This document shows, piece after piece, positions 28,173 through 38,968 of a stretch of DNA of 57,820 bases (the stretch's first letter is position 1; the number at the start of each line of letters is the position of its first letter). The notes beneath the pieces are model-generated. The model made no database searches and was not told where the DNA came from. It was given only the letters and a program-made list of their open reading frames with translations. The DNA comes from an uncultured cyanobacterium (lineage in GTDB: Bacteria; Cyanobacteriota; Cyanobacteriia; Leptolyngbyales; Leptolyngbyaceae). The position numbers were made by a program, and so were the translations under genes. Where the stretch lies: positions 1 to 57,820 of the forward strand of contig CAVYAN010000033.1 of NCBI GenBank assembly GCA_963766075.1. Reading direction: 5' to 3'.

Positions 28173-30325
28173 ATGGCCTATCAACCGCTGCATCACAAAT
28201 ATCGTCCCCAGACCTTTGCAGATTTGGTTGGGCAAGAAGCGATCGCGGCCACCCTCACCAATGCCCTCAGCCAACAGCGCATTGCCCCCGCCTATCTGTT
28301 CACTGGTGCGCGCGGCACAGGCAAAACCTCTAGCGCCCGGATTTTAGCCAAGTCACTGAATTGCCTCCAGTCCAAAGTACCCACCGCCACACCCTGCGGC
28401 ACCTGCGAAGTCTGCGTGGCGATCGCCAACGGCTCTGCCCTGGATGTGATTGAAATCGATGCCGCCAGCAATACCGGCGTCGATAACATTCGGGAACTGA
28501 TCGAGCGATCGCAATTCGCCCCCGTCCAATGTCGCTATAAAGTCTACGTCATCGACGAATGCCACATGCTCAGCACAGCGGCATTTAATGCGCTGCTCAA
28601 AACTCTGGAAGAACCCCCCGATCGCATCGTGTTCGTGTTAGCCACAACCGACCCCCAGCGGGTACTGCCCACGATCATTTCCCGCTGCCAACGATTTGAC
28701 TATCGCCGCATTCCCCTGGACGCCATGGTGCAGCATCTGCGGATGATTGCCAACGCCGAACAGATCACCATCACCGATGAAGCCCTTACCCTCGTCGGCC
28801 AGATTGCCCAAGGCGGTTTGCGGGATGCCGAAAGTCTGCTAGATCAGCTCAGTCTGATGGCAGATGGAGTCACCGTTGACAAAGTATGGGAATTCGTCGG
28901 GGCCGTGCCCGAACGCGATTTGATGGAACTGTTGCAGGCGATCGCCGCCGACCATCCCGAAGCCCTGCTGGACAGTGCCCGTCGCCTAATGGATCGGGGC
29001 CGAGAACCACTCATTGTGCTGCAAAACCTGGCCAGCTTCTACCGCGATTTACTCATTGCCAAAACCGCCCCTACCCGCAGTGATTTAGTTGCCCTCACCC
29101 CAGCCACCTGGACCGCCCTCTGCGACTTTGCCCATGGGTTCGATGTCTCAACGATTCTGGCTGGACAAGCCCACTTACGCGGCGCTGAATTTCAACTCAA
29201 AAACACCACTCAACCCCGCCTCTGGTTAGAGGTCACGTTGATGGGACTGTTACCCTCCGCGATCGACATTCCCTCGGCAGGGCATCGTCCCCTGTCCACC
29301 GCCCTGTCACCTGTTGCCAATAATGCACCGACTGCTCCAGCCCGTCGAACGGGAGTATCCCCAGGAGAAACGGCCTCACCTGCTATGCCCGCTCCCAGTA
29401 TTCCCGCTCCCGGTATCCCTGTCCCCGGTATCCCGTCCCCGGTATCCCTGCTGTGCCGCCGCCCACAATCGCCGACGCGGCGATCGTGGCGGAATCCCCT
29501 CCGGCGGAAATTGCTACCACGACCGGAGCGATCGCTCCGCCCCCCCTGCCCGCCCCATCGGATTCTAGTTCGTCCACCCACGGCCCCGCTCGCTGCCCCC
29601 CCTGCCGAGACCCCCACAGCAGATCTGCCACAGTAGATCTAGACAGTCTGTGGAAAAGCATGTTGCAGCACCTGCTGCCCCCCTCCACCCAAATGCTCAT
29701 GGGCCAGCAAGGCGGCTTACTAGCCGTCAGCGATACGGAAGTGCGCGTGGGTATTGTGGCCCAGTGGCATGGCACAATGAAACCCAAAATCGTAAATCTG
29801 GAAGCCGCCTTTGCCAAGGTTCTGGGCTATCCGGTGACCGTGCGTCTAGACGTTGCCACCCCCGCTGACTTCCAAGCGGCCCGCCAATCAACCACGCCGT
29901 TGCCCAATGCTGTGTCTCCGCCCGCGATCGCCACAGACAGTCGCCCCATCGTGGACAATCCCCCCATCACAGGCAGCCCCATCACAGACAATCGCCCGCG
30001 ATCGCCTGCCCCACCCCAATCATCTGTCCCCCCATCCTCGGGTCCCGCACCGGCCCCGCTCTCCTCCCTTCCTGCTCCCGCACCCTCCTCGCCGCATCCG
30101 CCATTCCAACTGGCCCCTACCCCACCACCTGGATCTCAGCCTGTAGAGGACTGGGTAGAGCATGATGTGACCCGAGCCGCAAAGCAGCTAGCTGAATTTT
30201 TTGGGGGCAAAGTGATCGATATCAGCGATGACGAAACCTCCTGGACCTCGGGTATGCCTGTGGTAGGGGGCGAGGATCTGCCCGATGAACTGACGGATTA
30301 TGACGATGACGATATGCCGTTTTAA
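28173..30325 (+). CDS. dnaX: DNA polymerase III subunit gamma/tau; apparent frameshift(s) in the Pro-rich linker
   Basis: HHKYRPQTF, GARGTGKTS, EIDAASN, IDECHML, SRCQRF. The C-terminal cyanobacterial tail (AAKQLAEFFGGKVI...DDDMPF) is in the 29453-30325 frame. Confidence 0.93.
29388..29452 (+). repeat. 15-bp tandem repeats inside dnaX encoding P(A/V)P(S/G)I; one copy is 14 bp
   Basis: cccgctcccagtatt cccgctcccggtatc cctgtccccggtatc ccgtccccggtatc cctgct. Confidence 0.8.
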
Positions 30326-30385
30326 GGAATTGAAAATTAGTTAAAAATTAGAAATGCACAATTCAACCCACTGAAACAATCCATT

Positions 30386-30424
30386 AAAAAAGGCAAAATG
30401 CTCTGCCTAGCATCCTGCCTTTTT
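30386..30424. terminator. Bidirectional terminator-like hairpin between convergent genes
   Basis: AAAAAAGGCA...ATGCT...AGCAT...TGCCTTTTT. Confidence 0.6.
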
Positions 30425-30508
30425 CAGGTTTTGAGATCAGTTTGAGCGCCGGGAATCTCTCCCCAATAAACCTTCGTCTACTTCACGGACAGCACACTAC
30501 GACTTTGC

Positions 30509-30552
30509 AGCGCACTCGTGCCCTTCGACTCCGCTCAGGGCACGAGTGCGCT
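30509..30552. repeat. 16-bp perfect stem enclosing the TCGACTCCGCTC core of the repeat family
   Basis: AGCGCACTCGTGCCCT-tcgactccgctc-AGGGCACGAGTGCGCT. Confidence 0.85.
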
Positions 30553-30636
30553 CGGGGCACACCCCACACACAACCGACAAGGGCAAGCTAGGCTCGACTC
30601 CTTTCTGGAAGTTGTCTGTGTTCAAGGCGCAATCGC

Positions 30637-31389
30637 TTAGTCGAGATAGCCCATGAGTGTGGTGGCATCATCAATATCATTGGAGGCAATCGGGCGGCCA
30701 CCGGGCAGCAGCGACGCTTCGAGTAAATCAGGATTGCTAGCCATGATGGGACGACCACCCGCCATGCCACCGTCGTCCACCATTTTGATGGCACTTTCAA
30801 ATACGGGCCGATCGCCCAACATTTCAAAAATCTTCTCGTGGCTCGCCTCAATCGGGCGACCATTCAGGAAAGAGCCAAAGAGCTCCAAGTGGCTCGCAAC
30901 AACCGGGCGATCGCCCGCCACTGTCATCATGCCCACCACTTCCAATTCGCTCGGCATCACCGGACGGTTCAATACAGAACCCATCGGCTGATGCAATTGG
31001 ATTTCGGCTTTCTTAGTGCGGCCCTTCGCAGGTTTAGGGCTAACGTCAATAACTTCTCCAGACATCGTTTTTTCCTCAGAGTAAGGGGTGGTTTTGGCAG
31101 GTAACTGGGTAACAGCAGGGGGAAAATCAGCCGCTTCTACAACCGGGTCGGCGGAACCTTCGACCGGAGCAGCAGAGCCAGAAGATTCTGGCAAGGCATC
31201 CTCTAGCACATCAACCTCTAGCGCATCAACGGGGGCCGAGGCATCGGCACTGACCTTACCATTGTCGCCGGACAGCACAGCTTCCAGGGCCGCCTTCGCC
31301 GCTGTTACTGTAGCCGCATCGGGAGTAGCCGCCTTAGGGCTAACCCGTCGCCGCCGACCGTTTGCCCTGGCGGAATTATTAGCAGTCAT
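30637..31389 (-). CDS. Hypothetical protein with six C-terminal RP(V/I)xxS-type repeats
   Basis: 250 aa. Disordered Ala/Pro/Glu-rich N-terminus, then RPVMPS, RPVVAS, RPIEAS, RPVFES, RPIMAS, RPIASN. Confidence 0.75.
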   Translation of the reverse strand: MTANNSARANGRRRRVSPKAATPDAATVTAAKAALEAVLSGDNGKVSADASAPVDALEVDVLEDALPESSGSAAPVEGSADPVVEAADFPPAVTQLPAKTTPYSEEKTMSGEVIDVSPKPAKGRTKKAEIQLHQPMGSVLNRPVMPSELEVVGMMTVAGDRPVVASHLELFGSFLNGRPIEASHEKIFEMLGDRPVFESAIKMVDDGGMAGGRPIMASNPDLLEASLLPGGRPIASNDIDDATTLMGYLD

Positions 31390-31677
31390 GATGGAACTCC
31401 CGAATAAGCGTGCGCGGCACGGACAATAGATTAAGGGACTTTTACCTTAGTGAAGACTGAAATTTAGTGCAGACCAAATACAGCCAAGACAAATGAAAAG
31501 ACAGATAGGAATCTTTAGAACTTTGATCTAAATCTTAAGTCAGCAATCTAAACCTTAAGCAAACATTATAGAGCGAAAGCTTCATGGATTTTGCAACGAA
31601 TTGACAGGTCATACTAATCGCCCTGATTGAAGAAGCTAATGATCAGCCCCCTAGCCACAAATCCTGTGATCGTAAAC

Positions 31678-31715
31678 TGCTAAAAAAGCAGGGCGATCGC
31701 CCTGCTTTTTTAGCA
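31678..31715. terminator. Perfect 38-bp palindrome centred on HIP1; likely prk terminator
   Basis: TGCTAAAAAAGCAGGGCGA|TCGCCCTGCTTTTTTAGCA. Confidence 0.8.
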
Positions 31716-31734
31716 CTGAGGACAACCGACTCGC

Positions 31735-32739
31735 CTACGCCCGCGCGCCGACCGCCTGCGGAGTTTTAGCCGTCAACCGCTCATAGGTCGCCCGCATTTT
31801 CAACCCAGTCAGAACCTGGAATAAGCCGGTGCCATTAGCCGAACCGGGATATTCGCGGTGCTTCAACAGCAACTCCGTCAACTCACCCGAATACTTGGTC
31901 GAGGTTTTGCTCAGATGCTGCTCAATATAGATCACTTCTTCGAGGCGATCGAACTGGCCATCCACTTCCAAGACCGACACGCTGTGCCCGTAATAGGCAT
32001 CGGGGCCATAGTGCATCCGAATGCCGGGATACGAACAGGTCAACTTGCGGCCACAGGGAATCCAGTCAATCGTAGAACCTTCATCAAAGAGGTAAGCGGG
32101 TTCAAACCCTTCCACTTCATCGCGCTGAATCATCTGGACACGCAACACCTTACCTTCGTTGTCACCCTTGATTAACTGGGTCGGCAGCACCTGGATCACC
32201 ACATCGGCAAATTCCTTTTGGGGATCGATATAGGCTTGGAAATCAGGTTTGCGGGAATTGATCGCCGCGAGCACGTCCTCATAGGTATGGCCCCGTTCTG
32301 CCATATCGCGCTGAATCTTCCAGGCAATCTTGACTTCATCACTGATATTGAGGTACACACTGAAGTCCATCAATTCACGCATCCGCGCATCGTACAGGGG
32401 GTGCAGCCCCTCCACCACAATAATGTGGTTGGGTTGAACCACTTCCGGCGGGTCAATCAAGCCCGTCTCGTGGTTATAAATTGGCTTGTTGATGGCTTCG
32501 CCGTTTTTCAGTGCTTTGATTTGCTCGTACATCAAATCAAAATTGTTGGCCTTGGGGTTCAGGGCCGTCACTTTTTGCTCTTTGCGCTGATAGCGATCCA
32601 GACTGTGGTAGTCATCCAGGCAAATCACCGTGATGAACTCTTCCCCAAACAAATCTGACAATCGGCGTAAAAACGTAGACTTGCCGCATCCAGAGTCTCC
32701 GGCAACGCCAATCAGAACCACGCGGTCTGGCTTAGTCAT
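31735..32739 (-). CDS. prk: Phosphoribulokinase
   Basis: GVAGDSGCGKST, CLDDYHSLDR, KIQRDMAERGH; start ATG 32739. Confidence 0.98.
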   Translation of the reverse strand: MTKPDRVVLIGVAGDSGCGKSTFLRRLSDLFGEEFITVICLDDYHSLDRYQRKEQKVTALNPKANNFDLMYEQIKALKNGEAINKPIYNHETGLIDPPEVVQPNHIIVVEGLHPLYDARMRELMDFSVYLNISDEVKIAWKIQRDMAERGHTYEDVLAAINSRKPDFQAYIDPQKEFADVVIQVLPTQLIKGDNEGKVLRVQMIQRDEVEGFEPAYLFDEGSTIDWIPCGRKLTCSYPGIRMHYGPDAYYGHSVSVLEVDGQFDRLEEVIYIEQHLSKTSTKYSGELTELLLKHREYPGSANGTGLFQVLTGLKMRATYERLTAKTPQAVGARA

Positions 32740-33041
32740 AGGTGTCCTCAAAAGTAAAAAGATGTCTACTAACTGTGTCTGAAGTAAGCGGTGTGAGCGG
32801 TCTACGGTCTACCTTGCTAGCACAAACTGCGGCATTGCCAACGGTCTACCACAGGGTTCCGATTGCCGTAATTCCTACTAAGAAAATGCAAAGAACATGC
32901 AGGCGAGCCACAAGCCTAAAGCTGGACGTCCGTATGGCCTCAACTTTTCCCAGGAAGTATTTAATACTACCGTTGCGGCTATGATACCAAAAACGCGATC
33001 AACCCCACAAGATTATAAAGAAAGTCGGAAGAGGCGGATAA

Positions 33042-34355
<1,314 letters not shown>

Positions 34356-34400
34356 GCCGGACAGCGTATCGGTTACCACACCGTCCTACTCTGCCCCACT

Positions 34401-34438
34401 AAAACCCGAGAAGATTCTCAGAATCTTCTCGGGTTTTT
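34401..34438. terminator. Terminator hairpin after petH
   Basis: AAAACCCGAGAAGATTCT-C-AGAATCTTCTCGGGTTTTT. Confidence 0.85.
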
Positions 34439-34474
34439 AATTGAACAAGTCGGACAATGACGCCCAATCTGCCC

Positions 34475-34616
34475 TTAGGCGATTTTCAGGAAAGCTTATA
34501 CCGACCGAGATTGTTCCCTTCGACTTCGTTCAGGGAGCAATCTCTAACTGGCTGAGCGGAATCGTAGTTCGCTTCCCGCAGGATAGCCAGCGGGTATATT
34601 ATTGGAAATCGTCTTA
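34475..34616. repeat. MITE/REP-like composite palindromic element, copy 2
   Basis: TAGGCGATTTTCAGGAAA...TCCCTTCGACTTCGTTCAGGGA...CTGGCTGAGCGGAATCGTAGTTCGCTTCCCGCAGGATAGCCAGC...GGAAATCGTCTTA; the modules match 7591-7785 in reverse complement. Confidence 0.75.
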
Positions 34617-34634
34617 GATCTTGGGATCTTGGCC

Positions 34635-35153
34635 CTAAATCTTGGCCTCCAGGGACTTGAGGTATTCAGTATTCACACCAGACTCGCGAGTCAGGGCAAT
34701 TTTGCCAGTGCGGGCCAGTTCCCGAATACCAAATTTGCTCAGGACTTGGACGATCGCCACCATTTTGCCCGGGTCGCCCACCACCTCCAGGGTCAGGGAA
34801 TCCTCCGAAACATCCACCACCCGCGCCCGAAAAATTTGGGCCAATTCAATAATCTCCGATCGCGTCGCGGTAGAGCCATTCACCTTCATCAGCATCAGTT
34901 CCCGCTCAACGCAGGGAACCTCGGTAATGTCCTGCACCTTCAACACATTAATCAATTTGTACAACTGCTTCGTTAGTTGTTCAATGCTTTGTTCATCACC
35001 GGGGACCACCATCGTAATCCGGGAAACGCCCATTTGCTCGGCTGGACCGACCGCCAGACTTTCAATATTGAAACCGCGACGGGCAAACAGACCGGAAATG
35101 CGGCTCAGAACTCCGGCTTCGTCTTCGACCAGAACAGAGAGGGTGTGCTTCAT
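34635..35153 (-). CDS. ilvN: Acetolactate synthase small (regulatory) subunit
   Basis: [36 protein letters not shown]. Confidence 0.97.
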   Translation of the reverse strand: MKHTLSVLVEDEAGVLSRISGLFARRGFNIESLAVGPAEQMGVSRITMVVPGDEQSIEQLTKQLYKLINVLKVQDITEVPCVERELMLMKVNGSTATRSEIIELAQIFRARVVDVSEDSLTLEVVGDPGKMVAIVQVLSKFGIRELARTGKIALTRESGVNTEYLKSLEAKI

Positions 35154-35298
35154 AGTAACGACTGGGCGCAAATGAGAAATATGGACTTTTATAATATCGC
35201 GGTCCCTGCCCCCGGAGAACCCTCTCCCAGGGCAGGGCCAGAAAATATTAACGAACCCAGATCAATCACCAAGGACGCATCGCACCGAAAACCGCCGA

Positions 35299-36600
35299 TT
35301 AGCGATAGTCCGCCGTTTGAATATCACGAATGCGGGCTTCTGGCCGCAGGAAGCGATCGATCTGCGATTCAAAAAAGGCACGATTGGCCTTCAAATGTTT
35401 GGGATTCGTGTCATCCAAGGGATAGAGGAGCGCCGTCCGCAGGGCCTGAATCACCGCCGAGGTCACACAGTACATCGATCGCTGAAAGCTAACCGCGAGT
35501 TGAATCAGCATGTCATCTTCACCCCGGCAGTGTTGCTTGTAGTACTCCACCAGGTAAGGCGGCAGAAAGTGCAGCATGTCCTGCGCCAGCAGCGTCGGCG
35601 GAATGCCCGCGGTGCCTACGGGAAACTTGTCGGCATACAACACGCCGTAGTGGAAGTCCTTTTGGTCCTTGGGCACTTGCCCCGCCTGGGCATTGTAGGA
35701 TTTGGTCCCTCGAAACGGTGAGGTGCGGTAGAACACGGCTTCTACGTAGGGGAGCGCCGCTTCGTAGAGCCAGGTGAAGCCCTTAGACTTGGGAATAATT
35801 TCGTAGCATTCGCCCTTGATATAGACATTGTGGTAGATCGGACGACCGGCGATCGCAAAAATTCCATTGACCAGAAAATCCATTGCCTGGGGCACGCTGG
35901 CGATTTTGCCTTCATCATACAGGTCCGACATTTCAAAGAATACCGGAGCCATCACCTCCCAAAACAGACCCAGGTTGGCGTAGTAAGAAGCTTGGCGGCA
36001 CTGTTCAAGGAATAGGTCGGGGAACGCTTTATGCAGAGCCAACATGGCCGGATTACCTTGGAAATAGGCTTTAATGGCGCGATCGGCGTTGGCTTTATAT
36101 TCGTCGGTATCAAGGAATGGGTCAAACTGGTTCACGGGCACATACATGCCCCGATGCCAGAGCATCGATCTCATGCATTCCTCGGCAAATTCCATGTTGA
36201 TGCGATCGTGCCACAGATGATGAAATAACCGCGGCAGTTTCATTTTCAGTTCACCCTTGGCCATGAACTCCAACAGTTCGGGATGAGCCTGCCCGGTACC
36301 GCGCCAAATTCGTAAGTCCGCCTGATCCCCAGCATAGTGATTTTCCCGCTTGAGATATTCATCGGAAATGAAGTACTTGAAGAAGGGGAGGGGATTCAGA
36401 AACACCTGCTCCCCGATGTACAGCAAATCCCGCCAGTAAAAATCCATGGGCACTGCATAGGCTTTGTATAACCCAATGATTTGCATCAGGTTTTCCGGCG
36501 TATCCGGTAGCATGGCCCCCCCCGCTTCCAGACGGTGAATGATGTCGGCCAGGGGATGTTGGGACGGCGGCAGCGTGGGCTTGGGTGCAGGGTAGTTCAT
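35299..36600 (-). CDS. cupA: CO2 hydration protein CupA (ChpY)
   Basis: 433 aa (CupA-sized), HLWHDRINMEFAE, GIPPTLLAQDM; downstream of ndhF3/ndhD3. Confidence 0.93.
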   Translation of the reverse strand: MNYPAPKPTLPPSQHPLADIIHRLEAGGAMLPDTPENLMQIIGLYKAYAVPMDFYWRDLLYIGEQVFLNPLPFFKYFISDEYLKRENHYAGDQADLRIWRGTGQAHPELLEFMAKGELKMKLPRLFHHLWHDRINMEFAEECMRSMLWHRGMYVPVNQFDPFLDTDEYKANADRAIKAYFQGNPAMLALHKAFPDLFLEQCRQASYYANLGLFWEVMAPVFFEMSDLYDEGKIASVPQAMDFLVNGIFAIAGRPIYHNVYIKGECYEIIPKSKGFTWLYEAALPYVEAVFYRTSPFRGTKSYNAQAGQVPKDQKDFHYGVLYADKFPVGTAGIPPTLLAQDMLHFLPPYLVEYYKQHCRGEDDMLIQLAVSFQRSMYCVTSAVIQALRTALLYPLDDTNPKHLKANRAFFESQIDRFLRPEARIRDIQTADYR

Positions 36601-36691
36601 ATTGGATATTTGGATATTGGATTTTGGACGTTGTGCGGTGAACGCGGGCGAATGCTCTGCTGTAGCGGACCTTCCTTAAAGTTGGCCTCAC

Positions 36692-37270
36692 TTAGAGGAC
36701 GGTAATAGTGCCCGTCGGAGGCCCTGCCAATAGCGGCGCATTCGCAGCCCGTAGAAATTTCCACTGCACAAGGGCATGGGCTGCAATGCACATCAAAAAG
36801 GTGTAGGCCAACCAAAAATGTAAGCTTCTACCCAGATCAGCCAAGGGGCGATTGGCAGGAAACAAACGCGGCAGAGGAATGACAAAGAGGGAAACATCCT
36901 TGTCGAAGGAGTTGGAAAAGAACCAACCGCTGAGGGGCACAACCAGCATGAAGCCATAGAGCAGGCTGTGCAGTGCGATATTTCGCAGCCTGGACCACTC
37001 GCTGCCCGCTTAGGTGGCGCATGGCGGCGCAGCTTGAGCAGCAGGTAAACAATGCGGGCAGTAAGCAGACCCATCGTGACAACGCCCAGAGACTTATGGA
37101 AGTCGTACAGAGTGCCCCGATAGCTAACGGGGCCAGTGAGATTGGCCATAAATGTGCCCCCCGCAAACAGCAGTAGGTACAGGGCCGCCATCCACCAATG
37201 CAGGGACCACAGCACTTGGGAGGGTTTAGGTTTGCGGGGTTTGGGCGAATCGCGGGATGAGAATGTCCAT
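36692..37270 (-). CDS. Cytochrome b561 / YceJ-like di-haem membrane protein; two apparent frameshifts (~37249, ~37000)
   Basis: Reconstructed: MDILIPRSPKPRKPKPSQVLWSLHWWMA...YDFHKSLGV...IALHSLLYGFMLVVPLSGW...SLHFWLAY...IAAH. Four TMs with the conserved haem-ligand His residues. Confidence 0.8.
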
Positions 37271-37319
37271 AGGCCACTAATGGAGCTTGGATTGGGAATG
37301 CAGGATTTGGAATTGACTG

Positions 37320-38862
37320 CTAGAGGGTTTCCCGCAGCGCGATTTTAGTGGGAGGAGTTAAGGGGGCCTGCCGGAGCACGGCCACGGGAGTAGCCTGGGC
37401 AAGGGCCGTGGTGGTGGCCTCACTCCAACGCACCATCCAGGTGGGCTGGACCCCAAACCAAATGATTAATCCCGTCAGGACTAGGGCCGGAAACTGCTCC
37501 CATAGGGTGACTCTGGGTAGTAGGCCGTTTTGGTATCCAGACGACCAAAGCAGGTGCGGTTAAGTAAAATGACGAAGTAAACCGCCGTTAAGCCCGTACC
37601 CAGAACACAGACCAGCGTGGGGATCGGGAAAACAGAGAAGCTACCTTGGAAAACGAGAAACTCCGCGACAAAGCCAGCCATGCCTGGAATCCCCGCGCTG
37701 GCCATTCCGGCTAGAATCAGCAGAGCACTGGTCATGGGTAGGCCCCGAATCGGATTGAGGAGGCCATTCAGGACGTTCAGGTCCCGAGTACCGACCTTAG
37801 CTTCCACTACCCCGACCAGATAGAACAGCAGCGCCAAAATTAACCCATGGCTCACCATTTGGGAGACGGCCCCCACCATGGCCAGAGGGGTGAGGGCGGT
37901 GGTGCCGAGGATGACATAGCCCATGTGACCGATGGAGCTATAGGCAACCATGCGCTTGATGTCGGTTTGGGCGATCGCCGCCATAGCACCATACAGCACA
38001 CACACCGCCGCTGCGATTCGCCAAAGCCGGAGTCACCAAAGACCAAGTTTCGGGGAACATCCCCAAACAAAAGCGGACCAAACCATAGGTGCCCAGCTTT
38101 GCCAACACTCCACCCAGCAAAATCGCTGTGGACGTCTGAGGATTCCACATAGGCATCGGGAAGCCAGGTATGCAATGGCACTAGGGGAATTTTGATGCCA
38201 AAGCCCAGCACCATCAGAGTGAGCAGAATCAACTGCGTCGTTTGGGTCAGATCCTGCGTCTGAATGGCGGCATAGTCAAAGCTGCTGGCTCCCGTCAGCC
38301 AGTTCATCGCCAGGAATGCCGCTAGGATCAAAATGCCGGAAACCGCCGTATAAATTAGAAATTTGATGCCCGCATATTCCCGTTTCTCACCGCCCCAAAT
38401 CAAAATCAGCAGATAAAACGGAATCAACTCCAATTCATAGAACAGGAAAAACAGCAGCAGGTTTTGGGCCAGCAAAGCTCCCGCCATTCCGGTACTAATC
38501 AGTAATACCAAGGAATAGAACAACCGGGGCCGCTTCAGGGCGGTAGCCTGCATCGCCTTGGAATCACTGCTGGCAATGACGATGAGAATCAGCAAATTCG
38601 TCAGGGCCACTAGCGGCAATGACAAACCATCCACCCCCAGGCTATAGCTCAGGCCCAAGGTCGGGATCCACGGCAGATACTCCGTCAACTGCATCGTGGG
38701 CAGGCTGATGTCGAACTGGGTAAACAGCCACAGAGTCCAGAGGAGGAGCGCAGCAGCCATGGCGATCGCCCCGGCGCGAAGCTGCTTGGCCTCAATATTT
38801 CCGGGAAATAGTCCAATCACAGCGGCACCCAGCAGCGGTGCCCAAATTAAGGTACTTAGCAT
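37320..38862 (-). CDS. ndhD3: NDH-1 subunit NdhD3; three apparent frameshifts (~38135, ~38017, ~37516)
   Basis: Consecutive ORF pieces give GVDGLS, KIPLVPLHTWLPDAY, KLGTYG, AYSSIGHMG, GIPGMAGF and a C-terminal ...GVQPTWMVRWSE...RETL* ending at 37320. Confidence 0.9.
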
Positions 38863-38968
38863 CGTAGGGGATTTGTCCTGGGGTAGGGTGGCGATTAATT
38901 CAGAATTGCGCGTTGATGGCCCATTAAAAATGCGGGCCCTCTGGACTCTCCATTTTTAGTTTTGCACT

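Noticed and set aside
35299..38862. Genuine loss of the NDH-1(3) CO2-uptake system by pseudogenisation
   Set aside because: Only single-base indels in otherwise well-conserved sequence, no in-frame stops after correction, and ndhF3 and cupA are intact; sequencing error is more parsimonious.
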